From assembly GCA_965227515.1 (NCBI GenBank), contig CBDDFZ010000001.1, forward strand, positions 3,104,001 through 3,168,000: a stretch of DNA of 64,000 nucleotides, read 5' to 3'. Position numbers and translations under genes: made by a program. Origin of the DNA: Alphaproteobacteria bacterium. GTDB lineage: Bacteria; Pseudomonadota; Alphaproteobacteria; CALKHQ01. Of this stretch, positions 39,796 to 53,519 are shown in pieces. Position 1 is the stretch's first letter. Each line of letters starts with the position of its first letter. The notes under the pieces are model-generated. The model searched no databases, had not been told where the DNA came from, and saw only the letters and a program-made list of their open reading frames with translations.

Positions 39796-40287
39796 TCAGG
39801 CGACCGACGGATCGTGCTTGTCGTGCCCGATCTCGGAGTGCGCGCTCGCCGCGTTGTCGCCGTACAGGTCGTGCGCCCGCTGCTCGAAGGCGCGGACCAT
39901 GCGCTTCACCGCCTCGTTGAACAGCAGGCCGATGATCTTCTGCAGCAGGATGGAGCGGAACTCGAAGTCCACGAAGAAGTCGATGATGCAGGAGCCGTCG
40001 GGCTGCGGCTCGAAAATCCATCTGTTATTCAGATACTTAAATGGCCCTTCTGCATAAGTGACATCAATGCGATGCGGTGGCGACAGCTCAACCTTTGATG
40101 TAAATTTCTCTCGTACTGCTTTGAATCCAATCGCTAAATCGGCAACGATTAGATTATCGGTGCGGCGCCTGATGCGGGCCGCCGTACACCAGGGCAGGAA
40201 CTCCGGATACTTCTCGATCCCGGCCACCAGATCGAACATCTGCTCGGCCGAATAGGGCACGGCGCGGCGATCCGAATGGGTCGGCAT
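39796..40287 (-). CDS. ratA: RatA/Coq10 START-domain protein
   Basis: MFDLVA.IEKYPEFLPWC, GPFKYL.N.W.F, AFE.RA. Confidence 0.9.
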   Translation of the reverse strand: MPTHSDRRAVPYSAEQMFDLVAGIEKYPEFLPWCTAARIRRRTDNLIVADLAIGFKAVREKFTSKVELSPPHRIDVTYAEGPFKYLNNRWIFEPQPDGSCIIDFFVDFEFRSILLQKIIGLLFNEAVKRMVRAFEQRAHDLYGDNAASAHSEIGHDKHDPSVA

Positions 40288-40323
40288 GCTAGGCGGCGGT
40301 CGCTGGTTTTGCGCGCGCGCGAA

Positions 40324-41358
40324 TCACGACAACTCGGTCGCCTCGCCTGCGCCCACGCTCAAATCAAGGGTGTCACGGGTCACCTTGGACAACGCCGCGG
40401 TGCGCGCCGCGCGCAGGCGGACGAAATCGTCGCCGGCGTGGTAGGAACTGCGTGTCAACGGCGACGCGGACACCATCAGGAAACCCTTCACCCGCGCGCG
40501 CTTGCTGTAGGCCTCGAACGTCTCCGGCGTGACGAACCGCTCGACGGCCGCGTGCTTCGGCGTCGGCTGCAGGTACTGGCCGATGGTCAGGAAGTCGATG
40601 TCGGCCGACCGCATGTCATCCATCACCTGGCCGACTTCCTCGTCGGTCTCGCCCAGGCCGACCATCAGGCCGGACTTGGTGAACATGGTCGGGTCCAGTT
40701 CCTTCACCCGGTCGAGCAGGCGCAGCGAGTGGTAGTAGCGCGCGCCGGGCCGCACGGTCGGATAGAGCCGCGGCACCGTCTCCAGATTGTGGTTGAACAC
40801 GTCCGGCTTGGCGTCCACCACCACTTCCAGCGCGCCATCCTTGCGCAGGAAGTCGGGCGTCAGGATCTCGATGGTCGTGGTCGGCGACGCGGCGCGGATC
40901 GAGCGGATCACCTCGGCGAAATGCTTTGCGCCGCCGTCGGCCAGGTCGTCGCGGTCGACCGAGGTGATGACCACGTGCTCCAGGCCCAGCTTGCGCACGC
41001 CCTGCGCCACATTGCGCGGCTCCAGCGCGTCCAGGTGCTCCGGCCGGCCGGTCGCGACATTGCAGAACGCGCAGGCGCGGGTGCAGGTGTCGCCCATGAT
41101 CATCATCGTGGCGTGGCCCTTCGACCAGCACTCGCCGATGTTCGGGCAGGCCGCCTCCTCGCACACGGTGTGCAGGTTGTGCTTGCGCACGATGCCGACC
41201 GTCTCCTGGTAGCCCTGGGACATCGGTGCCTTGACCCGCAGCCATTTCGGCTTCGGGTGCTTGGTCGGGTTGTCCGGTCGATGGGCCTTTTCCGGGTGCC
41301 TGACGGCGGGATCGATCTTGCTGGCCACGGGATCTCTTTCGTTTGCTTGGGGCGCCAA
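40324..41358 (-). CDS. lipA: Lipoyl synthase (start may be 41328)
   Basis: [25 protein letters not shown]. Confidence 0.97.
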   Translation of the reverse strand: MAPQANERDPVASKIDPAVRHPEKAHRPDNPTKHPKPKWLRVKAPMSQGYQETVGIVRKHNLHTVCEEAACPNIGECWSKGHATMMIMGDTCTRACAFCNVATGRPEHLDALEPRNVAQGVRKLGLEHVVITSVDRDDLADGGAKHFAEVIRSIRAASPTTTIEILTPDFLRKDGALEVVVDAKPDVFNHNLETVPRLYPTVRPGARYYHSLRLLDRVKELDPTMFTKSGLMVGLGETDEEVGQVMDDMRSADIDFLTIGQYLQPTPKHAAVERFVTPETFEAYSKRARVKGFLMVSASPLTRSSYHAGDDFVRLRAARTAALSKVTRDTLDLSVGAGEATELS

Positions 41359-41359
41359 C

Positions 41360-42757
41360 CTAGACGTGGATCACACGGCCGTAAGCGTCAAGTACGGACT
41401 CGTGCATCATTTCGCTCAGGGTCGGGTGCGGAAACACGGTGTGCATCAATTCGGCCTCGGTGGTTTCCAGGTTCATGGCGACCACATAGCCCTGAATCAG
41501 CTCGGTCACCTCGGCGCCGATCATGTGCGCGCCGAGCAACTGCCCGGTCGCCGCATCGAAGATGGTCTTCACCAGGCCGTCCGGTTCCCCCAGTGCAATC
41601 GCCTTGCCGTTGCCCATGAACGGGAAGCGGCCCACCTTGACCTTGCGCCCGCCTTCCTTGGCCTTGGCTTCGGTCAGGCCGACCGACGCGATCTGCGGGT
41701 TGCAGTACGTGCAGCCGGGGATCTTCGACTTGTCGAGCGGGTGCACGCCCTTGACGCCGGCGATGGCCTCGACGCAGACCACGCCCTCATGCTCGGCCTT
41801 GTGGGCCAGCATCGGCGGCCCGGCGACGTCGCCGATGGCATAGACGCCCTTCACGTTGGTGCGGCCATAGCCGTCGGTGACGATGCTGCCGCGCTCGGTC
41901 TTCACGCCCAGCGCCTCAAGGCCCAGATCCTCGATATTGCCCTGCACGCCGACGGCGGAGATCACCCGATCGACCTTGATCTGCTCGGCCTTGCCGTCCT
42001 TGGTCTCGACCGTCGCGGTGACCGCGTTCGCAGCCTTGTCGAGTTTGGTGACCTTGGCTTCGGTCAGGATGCGCATGCCCTGCTTCTCGAACCGCTTGCG
42101 CGCCATGCCGGCGATCTCCGCGTCCTCGACCGGCAGGATCTGCGGCAGCACCTCGACCACCGTCACCTCGGCGTCGAGGGTGCGGTAGAACGAGGCGAAC
42201 TCGATGCCGATGGCGCCCGAGCCGATGACCAGTATCGACTTCGGCATCGTCTTCGGCACCATCGCCTCGAAGTATGTCCAGACCAGCTTCTTGTCCGGCT
42301 CCAGCCCCGGCAGCACGCGGGGCCGCGCACCGGTCGCGACGACGATGTGAGTGGCCTGGTAGGTGCCCTTGTCCTTGCCGTCGACCGTGACCTTGCCCCC
42401 GCCGGCCAGCTTTGCCGTGCCCTCGATAACGTCGATCTTGTTCTTCTTCATCAGGTAGCCGACACCCGAATTGAGCTGCTTCGACACGCCGCGCGAGCGT
42501 TCCACGACGGCGGCAATGTCGAACGCCGGGTTGTCGGCCTTCAGCCCGAAGTCGGCGGCGTGGCGCATGTGGTGGTAGATCTCGGCCGAGCGCAGCAGCG
42601 CCTTGGTCGGGATGCAGCCCCAGTTGAGGCAGATGCCGCCCAGGTGCGCGCGCTCGACGACAGCCGTCTTCAGGCCGAGCTGGGCCGCGCGGATGGCGGC
42701 GACGTAACCGCCCGGACCGCCGCCGATAACGATCAGATCATAGGATTGGCTGGGCAT
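41360..42757 (-). CDS. lpdA: Dihydrolipoyl dehydrogenase
   Basis: [26 protein letters not shown]. Confidence 0.97.
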   Translation of the reverse strand: MPSQSYDLIVIGGGPGGYVAAIRAAQLGLKTAVVERAHLGGICLNWGCIPTKALLRSAEIYHHMRHAADFGLKADNPAFDIAAVVERSRGVSKQLNSGVGYLMKKNKIDVIEGTAKLAGGGKVTVDGKDKGTYQATHIVVATGARPRVLPGLEPDKKLVWTYFEAMVPKTMPKSILVIGSGAIGIEFASFYRTLDAEVTVVEVLPQILPVEDAEIAGMARKRFEKQGMRILTEAKVTKLDKAANAVTATVETKDGKAEQIKVDRVISAVGVQGNIEDLGLEALGVKTERGSIVTDGYGRTNVKGVYAIGDVAGPPMLAHKAEHEGVVCVEAIAGVKGVHPLDKSKIPGCTYCNPQIASVGLTEAKAKEGGRKVKVGRFPFMGNGKAIALGEPDGLVKTIFDAATGQLLGAHMIGAEVTELIQGYVVAMNLETTEAELMHTVFPHPTLSEMMHESVLDAYGRVIHV

Positions 42758-42796
42758 TGGGCTCCTGAAGATGGGTGAGGGGCGGGTCTTGCGGCC

Positions 42797-43420
42797 TCAT
42801 TCCGTGAAGCCCTGCGCGGCGAGGAAATTGGCGATGTTGCGCGTCTGCTCCAGGCAGGCGTCGCTGGCCTGCGCCAGGTGTCCCGCCATTTCCAGGCCAA
42901 TGCTGATGCTCTCGTGCATCGTGGCCAGCCGGTCGGTCATTGTCGCCATCGCGTCGGCCTGACCGTCGCATGCCCCGCCGCCTTCGCCTTGGTCGGACAG
43001 GGCGTCGACGGCCGCGACATACGGGTTTGCCGCTTGCACAAGATCCTCGGCCAGTGCATCAAGATTGTCGGACAGCGCCGCGAAATCACGGCATAATTCC
43101 GCATTCTCCTGATTGTATTTCAGGATCTGGGATGCCAGATGCTGCCGCTCCGTTTCGTCCTCGGCATCGCGGAAGTCCGCGCCCAATCGCTCGATCTGTG
43201 TTTCGTTGACCGCGCCGTCATCGCCAAGCGCCAGGCTCTCGGAATTGGCCGCCTCGATGGCGGATTCGAATTCTGCCAACTGTGCGGCGAATGCCGCGCC
43301 GTTCGCCGCCGCGTTGTCGAGGGCGGCTCCGCAATCGTCGGCCAGTGCTGGCTGGTGACACACCAGGATCAGCCCAACCGCCCAGCATGCCTTGCCGCGC
43401 ACTGTCTTGCCTTGGCTCAC
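42797..43420 (-). CDS. Secreted acidic helical hypothetical protein
   Basis: Signal peptide ending ALA-D; co-oriented within the pdh operon. Confidence 0.6.
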   Translation of the reverse strand: MSQGKTVRGKACWAVGLILVCHQPALADDCGAALDNAAANGAAFAAQLAEFESAIEAANSESLALGDDGAVNETQIERLGADFRDAEDETERQHLASQILKYNQENAELCRDFAALSDNLDALAEDLVQAANPYVAAVDALSDQGEGGGACDGQADAMATMTDRLATMHESISIGLEMAGHLAQASDACLEQTRNIANFLAAQGFTE

Positions 43421-43435
43421 GTTCCCGGTCGCCGC

Positions 43436-44716
43436 TTACAGCATGATCGTCAGCGGGTCTTCGACGATGGCCTTGAACGCGGCCAGGAACGCCGCACCGA
43501 CCGCGCCGTCGACCACCCGGTGGTCGACCGACAGCGTGCACGACATGACGGTGGCGACCGCCAGCGCGCCGTCCTTCACCACCGGGCGCTGCTCGCCGGC
43601 ACCGACCGCCAGGATCGCACCCTGCGGCGGGTTGATCACGGCCTCGAACTGCTTGATGCCGAACATGCCGAGGTTGGAGATCGAGAACGTGCCGCCCTGG
43701 TATTCCTCCGGCACCAGCTTGCCGTCGCGTGCCTTGGCGGCCAGCGCCTTCATGTCGCCGGAGATGGCGGCCAGCCCCTTGGCGTGCGCGCCGCGGATCA
43801 CCGGGGTGACCAGCCCGCCGTCGATGGCGACCGCGACCGAGATGTCGGCGGAGCGATAGAGCTTGGTGCCCTCCGGCGTCCACGAGGCGTTGGCGGCCGG
43901 CACCTGGATCAGCGCCAGGGCGGCGGCCTTGATGACGAAGTCGTTGACCGAGAGCTTGGTGCCCTGCGCCTCGGCCTTGGCGTTGAGCTGCTTGCGCAGC
44001 GCCAGCAGGGCGTCCAGTTCGCAGTCCACGGTCATGTAGAAGTGCGGCACCGTCTGCTTGGACTCGGTCAGCCGCTGGGCGATGACCTTGCGCATGGAGC
44101 TGTGCGGCACCAGCTCGAAGTCCGGCTCGCCAACAGCCGGCGCAGCGGGCGCGCGTGTGGCAGCCGGCTGCGGCTTGGCAGCCGGGCCACCGGCGACGGC
44201 CGCCTCGATGTCCGCCTTGACGATGCGGCCATGCGGGCCGCTGCCCTGGACGGTGCCGAGGTCGAGGCCGGCCTGCTTCGCCATCCGCCGGGCCAGCGGG
44301 CTGGCGAACACGCGCTCGCCGTTGGCCTTGGGCGCCTCCGGGGCTGGCGCAGCGGCGGAGGCCGGGTCGGCGCCATTGCTCTGGGGCGCGGGTGGCGCCT
44401 CGTCGGTTTTTGGCGCTGCTGGCGGTGGCGCCGCCGCGCCCGTGCCGATGTTGTCGGCGGCGCTGGCGTCCTCGCCCTCCTCCAGGATCACGGCGATCGG
44501 CGTGTTGACGGCGACCTCGTCGGTGCCCTCGGCGATCAGGAGGCGGCCCATGCGGCCCTCGTCGACCGCTTCCACTTCCATGGTCGCCTTGTCGGTCTCG
44601 ATCTCCGCGATCACGTCGCCTGGCGCCACCTCGTCGCCCTCGGCCTTCAGCCAGCGCGCGAGCTTACCCTCGGTCATGGTCGGCGACAGCGCCGGCATCA
44701 GCACGGGGATGGCCAT
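43436..44716 (-). CDS. pdhC: Pyruvate dehydrogenase E2
   Basis: Lipoyl ETDKA, ASPLARR, DHRVVDG. Confidence 0.96.
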   Translation of the reverse strand: MAIPVLMPALSPTMTEGKLARWLKAEGDEVAPGDVIAEIETDKATMEVEAVDEGRMGRLLIAEGTDEVAVNTPIAVILEEGEDASAADNIGTGAAAPPPAAPKTDEAPPAPQSNGADPASAAAPAPEAPKANGERVFASPLARRMAKQAGLDLGTVQGSGPHGRIVKADIEAAVAGGPAAKPQPAATRAPAAPAVGEPDFELVPHSSMRKVIAQRLTESKQTVPHFYMTVDCELDALLALRKQLNAKAEAQGTKLSVNDFVIKAAALALIQVPAANASWTPEGTKLYRSADISVAVAIDGGLVTPVIRGAHAKGLAAISGDMKALAAKARDGKLVPEEYQGGTFSISNLGMFGIKQFEAVINPPQGAILAVGAGEQRPVVKDGALAVATVMSCTLSVDHRVVDGAVGAAFLAAFKAIVEDPLTIML

Positions 44717-44733
44717 GTCTTTCTGGTCCTCGG

Positions 44734-46119
44734 TCAGTCGCGGTAGCAGACGGCTTTCGCCGCCGCCACGATATCCGCGGTTTGCGGCAACGCAAGCGTC
44801 TCCAGGTTGGCGGCATAGGGCAGCGGCACGTCCTTGGCGGTGACACGAGCCACCGGCGCGTCCAGCCAGTCGAAGGCGTGCTCCATCATCTGCGCGGCCA
44901 ATTCGGACCCGATGCCGGCGAACGGCCAGCCCTCCTCCACCGAGACCAGCCGGTTGGTTTTCTGTACCGATGCGACGATGGTCGCGGTGTCGAGCGGGCG
45001 AATCGAGCGCAGGTCGATCACCTCGGCGGCGATCCCCTCGCCCGCCAATGCATCTGCCGCCTCCAGCGCGCGTTCCACCATCAGCGAGAACGCGGTAATG
45101 GTGACGTCGCCGCCGGCGCGCGCCACCCGAGCGCTGCCGATCGGCACAGTCCAGTCCGGGTCGGTCGGCACGTCGTCGAAGCTGCGGCCGTAGAGGATCT
45201 CGTTCTCCAGGAACACCACCGGGTTCGGGTCGCGGATCGCCGACTTCAGCAGTCCCTTGGCGTCCGCCGCGCGCCAGGGTGATACCACCTTCAGGCCCGG
45301 CACGTGGGCGAACCAGCTCTCGAACCCCTGGGAGTGCTGGGCCGCCACCCGCGCCGCCGCGCCATTCGGGCCGCGAAATACGATGGGGCAGCCCATCTGG
45401 CCGCCGGACATGTAGAGCGTCTTGGCGGCGGAGTTGATGATCTGGTCCATCGCCTGTAGCGCGAAGTTGAAGGTCATGAACTCCACGATGGGCCTGAGCC
45501 CGTTGAATGCCGCGCCGACGCCCAAGCCGGTGAAGCCGTGTTCGGTGATCGGGGTGTCGATCACCCGCTTGGCGCCGAACTCGTCCAGCAGCCCCTGGCT
45601 CACCTTGTAGGCGCCCTGGTATTCCGCGACTTCCTCGCCCATCAGGAACACCGTCGGATCGCGGCGCATCTCCTCGGCCATGGCATCGCGCAGGGCCTCG
45701 CGCACCGTCGCGTGCATAGTCTCGCCGGTGTAGTCGCCTTCCGCCGCGACCGGGACGGCAGGTGTTGAGGGGGCCGGAGCTGGCGCTTGCTGTGCTGGCG
45801 CGGTCTCCGGTGGGCCGGCGCCGCCATTCGTGGCAGGCGAGGCAGCGGGCGCACTGTCTATGTCCGCCGCGTCCTCGCCATCGCCCAGGATGACGGCAAT
45901 CGGCGTGTTGACCGCGACTTCCTCGGTGCCCTCGGCCACCAGGATGCGGCCGAGCCGGCCCTCGTCCACCGCCTCGACCTCCATGGTCGCCTTGTCGGTC
46001 TCGATCTCGGCGATGGGGTCGCCGGCGGCAATCGCGTCGCCCTCGGCCTTCAGCCAGCGGGCGAGCTTGCCTTCCGTCATCGTAGGCGACAGGGTCGGCA
46101 TCAGGATTTCTATCGGCAT
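44734..46119 (-). CDS. pdhB: Pyruvate dehydrogenase E1 beta with N-terminal lipoyl domain
   Basis: ETDKA, DTPITE.GF.G, AAQHSQ. Confidence 0.96.
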   Translation of the reverse strand: MPIEILMPTLSPTMTEGKLARWLKAEGDAIAAGDPIAEIETDKATMEVEAVDEGRLGRILVAEGTEEVAVNTPIAVILGDGEDAADIDSAPAASPATNGGAGPPETAPAQQAPAPAPSTPAVPVAAEGDYTGETMHATVREALRDAMAEEMRRDPTVFLMGEEVAEYQGAYKVSQGLLDEFGAKRVIDTPITEHGFTGLGVGAAFNGLRPIVEFMTFNFALQAMDQIINSAAKTLYMSGGQMGCPIVFRGPNGAAARVAAQHSQGFESWFAHVPGLKVVSPWRAADAKGLLKSAIRDPNPVVFLENEILYGRSFDDVPTDPDWTVPIGSARVARAGGDVTITAFSLMVERALEAADALAGEGIAAEVIDLRSIRPLDTATIVASVQKTNRLVSVEEGWPFAGIGSELAAQMMEHAFDWLDAPVARVTAKDVPLPYAANLETLALPQTADIVAAAKAVCYRD

Positions 46120-46161
46120 CTCAATCTCTTGCCGCGCAAACTTGACAAACCAATTGCACCG

Positions 46162-47217
46162 TCATGCCTCCACCAGTACGTCGGTGTAGAGCTCCGACGG
46201 ATCCGGTTCCGGGCTGGTCTGCGCGAAGTCGGCGGCGTCGCTGACAATCGCGCGGACCTCCTTGTCCACCGCCTTCAGGCCCTCCTCGTCCAGAATGCCG
46301 CGATTGACGAGCTTCTGCTTCGCGCCCTCGATCGGGTCGCGCTCGGCGCGCATTTTCGCGACCTCCTCCTTGGTGCGGTACTTGGCGGGGTCGGACATCG
46401 AATGGCCGCGGTAGCGGTAGGTCATCATCTCCAGGATGTAGGGCCCCTCGCCGCCGCGCGCGTGTGCCAGCGCGGTCTCCGCGCCGTCGTGCACCGCTTC
46501 CACATCCATGCCGTCGACCTGGGCGCCGGCGATGCCATAGGCCGCCCCGCGCTTGTAGAGGTCCGGCTGGGCCGACGCGCGTGCCACCGACGTGCCCATG
46601 CCGTACTGGTTGTTCTCGATGACGTAGACCACCGGCAGCGACCACAGCGCTGCCATGTTGAAGCTCTCGTAGACCTGGCCCTGGTTCACCGCGCCGTCGC
46701 CCAGATAGACCATGGCGACGCCGCCGTCCTCCTTGTACTTGTGGGCGAACCCCAGGCCGGTGCCGATGGGCACCTGGGCGGCGACGATGCCGTGGCCGCC
46801 GAAGAAGTTCTTCTCGCGGCTGAACATATGCATGGAGCCGCCCTTGCCGCGCGAATAGCCGTCGGCGCGGCCGGTCAACTCGGCCATGACGCCGCGAGAC
46901 TCCATCCCGCAGGCCAGCATATGGCCGTGGTCGCGGTAGCTGGTGACCACGGTGTCGCCGTCCCTCGACGCCGCCTGGATGCCGACGACGACCGCCTCCT
47001 GGCCGATGTAGAGGTGGCAGAAGCCGCCGATCAGGCCCATGCCATACATCTGGCCGGCCCGTTCCTCGAACCGCCGGATCAGCAGCATCTGGCGGTAGGC
47101 GTCGCTCAGCGCCGCGTCGTCCAGAGGCGGCGGCCCGTTCCTGCCGTTGGTCTTGGAGCTTGCGGTCGATTTGGCCGGCTTGGATTTCGCCCTTGTTGGG
47201 CGTTTGGCGGCTGCCAT
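46162..47217 (-). CDS. pdhA: Pyruvate dehydrogenase E1 alpha
   Basis: GFCHLYIGQEA, GDGAVNQGQ, RYRGHSMSDP. Confidence 0.96.
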   Translation of the reverse strand: MAAAKRPTRAKSKPAKSTASSKTNGRNGPPPLDDAALSDAYRQMLLIRRFEERAGQMYGMGLIGGFCHLYIGQEAVVVGIQAASRDGDTVVTSYRDHGHMLACGMESRGVMAELTGRADGYSRGKGGSMHMFSREKNFFGGHGIVAAQVPIGTGLGFAHKYKEDGGVAMVYLGDGAVNQGQVYESFNMAALWSLPVVYVIENNQYGMGTSVARASAQPDLYKRGAAYGIAGAQVDGMDVEAVHDGAETALAHARGGEGPYILEMMTYRYRGHSMSDPAKYRTKEEVAKMRAERDPIEGAKQKLVNRGILDEEGLKAVDKEVRAIVSDAADFAQTSPEPDPSELYTDVLVEA

Positions 47218-47374
47218 GGCGATACGGTCCTCCCCAGGTCCGTGTGGCGGTGGCGTGGGTGGCGGTGCGCCTGGGCGGCGCCGCGATTGTTGGCGCGGAT
47301 TATGACAGGAAGTGCCTGGATGACCAGTCACAGGATGGCATGGCTGCCATTCGCCCAGAGATCCGGTCGCCGCA

Positions 47375-47737
47375 TTACTCTGCGGGGGCACCCTCGCCTT
47401 CGGTGACGTCACCCGAGGTAACTTCTCCGGGCTCGATCATGATCACGACATCGTTGGGCCGGCGCAGGTTCAGGAGCGTGCGCCCGCGTTCTTCCAGGAT
47501 GTCGGGGTCGATCTGCTGGCGCAGCATGTTGACGCGATGTTCCAGTTCCGTGCGCTGGGCGCGGGTCTGGTCCCGCGCCTGCTCGGCCGCCTGCACGTCG
47601 GACTGCAGCTGCCAATAGGCGATCAGGCCGCGTTCGCCGCTGACGGCGTGATAGGCGAAGTAGCTGAGCGCTGCCAGGCCGAACACGGTCGGCAAAATGG
47701 CCTTGGGCCGGGCGCGCAACTCGGAAAACAGCAACAT
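47375..47737 (-). CDS. ftsB: Septum formation initiator (FtsB/DivIC)
   Basis: TM, GERGL, coiled coil, DPDILEE; downstream of eno. Confidence 0.85.
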   Translation of the reverse strand: MLLFSELRARPKAILPTVFGLAALSYFAYHAVSGERGLIAYWQLQSDVQAAEQARDQTRAQRTELEHRVNMLRQQIDPDILEERGRTLLNLRRPNDVVIMIEPGEVTSGDVTEGEGAPAE

Positions 47738-47872
47738 TTCGGAAAAGAATCACCTAAGCCGTTGGCGGTCAACGCCGAATCGGTCCTCCGCCCGCAGTAT
47801 GCGCGTTGCGCTGATGGGCGTGGCAAAAAAGACTCACATTGGCCTGGGGGCCGACACTTCACCCAACCAACC

Positions 47873-48049
47873 CGTCGCCCTCGCCCTTGTGGCGAGGGCC
47901 CATTGACGTGCGGTTCTGCCTGCCCAGACTCTGCTCGCTGTCGCTGCCGTGGTGCGTGTGAAGCGACCGCCCCATCGCTCAGCGCATTTCACATAACTTA
48001 TTGGTCTGTTGGACAAAAATGGATCCTCGAGACAAGCCCGAGGATGACG
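47873..48049. repeat. REP-like inverted doublet with ~115-bp insert
   Basis: CGTCGCCCTCGCCCTTGTGGCGAGGGCCCAT ... ATGGATCCTCGAGACAAGCCCGAGGATGACG; same family as 23354-23458. Confidence 0.65.
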
Positions 48050-48075
48050 AATGAGTGGTTTTGAGGGGCTCGAAA

Positions 48076-49380
<1,305 letters not shown>

Positions 49381-50226
49381 TCAGGTGATGTTTATCGGGT
49401 TGGACTTGGCCTGCCGGTCGAATGCGGTCAGCACATCAAGAAGGCCGGGCAAGTCCTTGAGATGGACCATGTTAGGGCCGTCGGACGGCGCGTTGTCCGG
49501 ATCCTGGTGGGTCTCCATGAACACCGCCGCCACGCCGATGGCGACCGCCGCGCGTGCCAGCACCGGCACGAACTCGCGCTGGCCGCCCGAGGTGGCGCCC
49601 TGCCCGCCCGGCTGCTGCACGGAGTGGGTGGCGTCGAACACGACCGGGCACCCGGTCGCCGCCAGAACCGGCAGCGCGCGCATGTCCGATACCAGGGTGT
49701 TGTAGCCGAAGCTGGCCCCGCGCTCGCACACCATCACGTTCGGGTTGCCGAAGGCGCGGATCTTCTCGACCACGTTCGCCATGTCCCACGGCGCCAGGAA
49801 CTGGCCCTTCTTGACGTTGATGGCGCGCCCGGTTGCGGCGGCGGCTTCCAACAGGTCGGTCTGGCGGCACAGGAAGGCCGGGATCTGCAGCACGTCGACG
49901 GCCTCGGCCACCGGCGCGCATTGCTCGGGCAGGTGCACGTCGGTCAGCACCGGGCAGCCGCGCGCCTCGCGCACTTCCGCGAAGACCGGCAGCGCCGCCT
50001 CCAGCCCCACGCCGCGCGGGCTCGACGCCGAGGTCCGGTTCGCCTTGTCGAACGAGGTCTTGTAGATGAGGTTGATGCCGCGCGGCCGGCAGATTTCCAC
50101 CAGCGCCTGCGACATCTCCAGCGCGTGCTGGCGGCTTTCCATCGCGCACGGCCCGGCGATCAGCGTCAGCGGCGCGTCGTTCGACACCTCGAAATCGCCG
50201 ATCTTCACCGTATGTGCCGCTGCCAT
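49381..50226 (-). CDS. kdsA: KDO8P synthase
   Basis: [26 protein letters not shown]. Confidence 0.97.
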   Translation of the reverse strand: MAAAHTVKIGDFEVSNDAPLTLIAGPCAMESRQHALEMSQALVEICRPRGINLIYKTSFDKANRTSASSPRGVGLEAALPVFAEVREARGCPVLTDVHLPEQCAPVAEAVDVLQIPAFLCRQTDLLEAAAATGRAINVKKGQFLAPWDMANVVEKIRAFGNPNVMVCERGASFGYNTLVSDMRALPVLAATGCPVVFDATHSVQQPGGQGATSGGQREFVPVLARAAVAIGVAAVFMETHQDPDNAPSDGPNMVHLKDLPGLLDVLTAFDRQAKSNPINIT

Positions 50227-50238
50227 CGCCCGAACTCC

Positions 50239-51867
50239 CTAGACCAGCCGCGACTGGTCGATGGCGGCGCGGATGAAGCTGGTGAACAGCGGGTGCGGCT
50301 GGTTCGGGCGCGACTTCAGCTCCGGGTGGAACTGCACGCCGATGAACCATGGGTGGTCGACCAGCTCCACGATCTCCGGCAGTTCGCCATCCGGCGAGTT
50401 GCCGGAAAAGATCATCCCGGCCTCGGCCAACTGGTCGCGATAGTTGAGATTGACCTCATAGCGGTGGCGATGGCGCTCGCTGATCGCCTCGGTGCCATAG
50501 ACCTCGCGCACCTTGCTGCCTTCCGCCAATACCGCCGGATAGGCGCCCAGGCGCATGGTGCCGCCCAGATCGTCGTCCGCCGAACGTTGCTCGACCCGGT
50601 TGTCGCGCACCCATTCGGTCAACAGGCCGATGACCGGATGCTCGCAGGGGCCGAACTCCGATGAGCCGGCGCCTTCGATGCCGGCCAGGTGGCGCGCCAC
50701 CTCGATGACCGCCATGTGCATGCCGAAGCAGATGCCGAAATAGGGCACGCGGTGCTCGCGCGCGAACTGGGCCGCGGCGATCTTGCCCTCGGTGCCGCGC
50801 TCGCCGAAGCCGCCCGGCACCAGGATGCCGTGCACGCCCGACAGTTGCTGGACCGCGTCCTCGCGCTCGAAGACCTCGGAATCGATCCAGTCCATCTGCA
50901 CGCGCACATTGTTGGCGATGCCGCCGTGGGTCAGCGCCTCGCCCAGCGATTTGTAGGCGTCGAGCAGCACCGTGTACTTACCGACGACCGCGATCCGGAC
51001 CTCGCCTTCGGGCGAGGTCGCGCGCTGGCAGATTTCCTTCCACACCGTCAGGTCGACCGGTTTTTCGTCCGGCAGGCGGAAGTGGCGGCAGACCTGGGCG
51101 TCGAAGCCTTCGTCGTGCAGCATCAGCGGGACGCGATAGATGGTGTCGGCGTCCAGCGCCGGGATCACCGCCTCCTCGCGCAGGTTGCAGAACAGCGCGA
51201 TCTTGCGGCGTGCGTCCGGCGGGATCGGCCGGTCGCAGCGGCAGAGCAGGATGGACGGCTGGATGCCGAGGCCAAGCAGCTCCTTCACCGAGTGCTGGGT
51301 CGGCTTGGTCTTCAGCTCGCCGGCGGACGGAATGAACGGCACCAGGGTCAGGTGCGCGAACAGGCTTTGTTCCGGCCCCAATTCGTTGCCGAGCTGGCGG
51401 ATCGCCTCCAGGAACGGCAATCCCTCGATATCGCCCACAGTGCCGCCGACCTCGGCGATCACGAAGTCGCGGTCCTCGACGTCGGCGACGATGAACGCCT
51501 TGATGGCGTCGGTGACGTGCGGGATCACCTGCACGGTCGCGCCCAGATAGTCGCCGCGCCGCTCGCGCGCGATGACCGAGGAATAGATCGAGCCGGTGGT
51601 CACGTTGTCGGCCTTGCGGGTGGCAACCCCGGTGAACCGCTCATAGTGGCCCAGGTCCAGGTCGGTCTCCGCCCCGTCGTCGGTGACGTAGACCTCGCCG
51701 TGCTGATAGGGGCTCATCGTACCCGGGTCGACGTTGAGGTAGGGGTCGAGCTTGCGCAGGCGGACCTTGTAGCCCCGAGCCTGCAGCAGCGCGCCAAGGG
51801 CCGCGGCCGACAGGCCCTTGCCCAGCGAGGAGGCGACGCCGCCGGTGATGAAGATGTAGCGGGTCAT
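50239..51867 (-). CDS. pyrG: CTP synthase
   Basis: [29 protein letters not shown]. Confidence 0.98.
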   Translation of the reverse strand: MTRYIFITGGVASSLGKGLSAAALGALLQARGYKVRLRKLDPYLNVDPGTMSPYQHGEVYVTDDGAETDLDLGHYERFTGVATRKADNVTTGSIYSSVIARERRGDYLGATVQVIPHVTDAIKAFIVADVEDRDFVIAEVGGTVGDIEGLPFLEAIRQLGNELGPEQSLFAHLTLVPFIPSAGELKTKPTQHSVKELLGLGIQPSILLCRCDRPIPPDARRKIALFCNLREEAVIPALDADTIYRVPLMLHDEGFDAQVCRHFRLPDEKPVDLTVWKEICQRATSPEGEVRIAVVGKYTVLLDAYKSLGEALTHGGIANNVRVQMDWIDSEVFEREDAVQQLSGVHGILVPGGFGERGTEGKIAAAQFAREHRVPYFGICFGMHMAVIEVARHLAGIEGAGSSEFGPCEHPVIGLLTEWVRDNRVEQRSADDDLGGTMRLGAYPAVLAEGSKVREVYGTEAISERHRHRYEVNLNYRDQLAEAGMIFSGNSPDGELPEIVELVDHPWFIGVQFHPELKSRPNQPHPLFTSFIRAAIDQSRLV

Positions 51868-51990
51868 CGAGAGTGTCGAAGGAAGTGTTGCCGGCCGGGC
51901 CAGCGATGTTGGGGCCGGCGCCGGTGGGGCTGGAGGTGGAGGGGCTGGTGGTGGAGTGCCGTCCGGCGGGGGGAAGCCGGCGGCGCCACG

Positions 51991-52353
51991 TTACTCGGCC
52001 TCCGGTTCGCCGCCGCCCGCGTCGCCGTCAAGGGCTGGCAGGTCCGGCAGTTGGTCCAGCGGCTGCTCGTCGCCCGGCTGCTCCAGCGCGGGCAGTTCCG
52101 GCAGTTCGTCCAGCAGGGTGGAGCGCTCGTTCTTGTTCACGATCGCCAGCAGCACGCTATTGGCCATGAAGAATGCGGCCAGGATGGCGGTGGTGCGGGT
52201 CAGCAGGTTGGCCGACGACCGGCTGGTCGCCATGTTGGCATTGCTGCCGCCGCCGCCCAGGCCGCCCATGCCGCCCTCGTTGCGTTGCAGCAGGATAATG
52301 CCGACCAGCCCCAGCGCCAGCAGGATGTGTATGACCAATAGAACCGTACTCAT
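51991..52353 (-). CDS. secG: Preprotein translocase subunit SecG
   Basis: ILLQR.EGG.GGLGG, NLLTRTT.ILA; between tpiA and pyrG. Confidence 0.92.
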   Translation of the reverse strand: MSTVLLVIHILLALGLVGIILLQRNEGGMGGLGGGGSNANMATSRSSANLLTRTTAILAAFFMANSVLLAIVNKNERSTLLDELPELPALEQPGDEQPLDQLPDLPALDGDAGGGEPEAE

Positions 52354-52499
52354 GCGTTCGCACCGCTTTCACGTGTCCGGCGACTCAGATGTCGCCGAAT
52401 GAACAATTCCTATCCTAGGGATGGCGGGTTTCTAGACCGATCGCGCCCACTTTGCCAGCCTGTATTTGTAGCAGTTCGGCACCCGGCTTACGAGACTGC

Positions 52500-53264
<765 letters not shown>

Positions 53265-53519
53265 CTCGCGCCCACCTCGTTCATGTCATGCTCAATACGC
53301 CCAAATCCCAAAGCGCCGGGTTCGGGCAAACCATTGTTGCAGCGACCGGACGCGGTTCCTATGATCCGCCACCCATTCGGTCGGACCATGTGCGTCCCGC
53401 CGCGCTTGTTGCTGGGCGCCGTCTCGCTGGCGCGTCCTTGCAAGTGCAGGTGCATGCACGTGCCGCCGTCCGATGGCAAGAGACAATCGCCGCGTGCGGC
53501 CAACACCGAGCCAATTCCG

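Noticed and set aside
44490-46119. Near-identical DNA at the 5' ends of pdhC and pdhB
   Set aside because: Known duplicated lipoyl domains of alphaproteobacterial PDH
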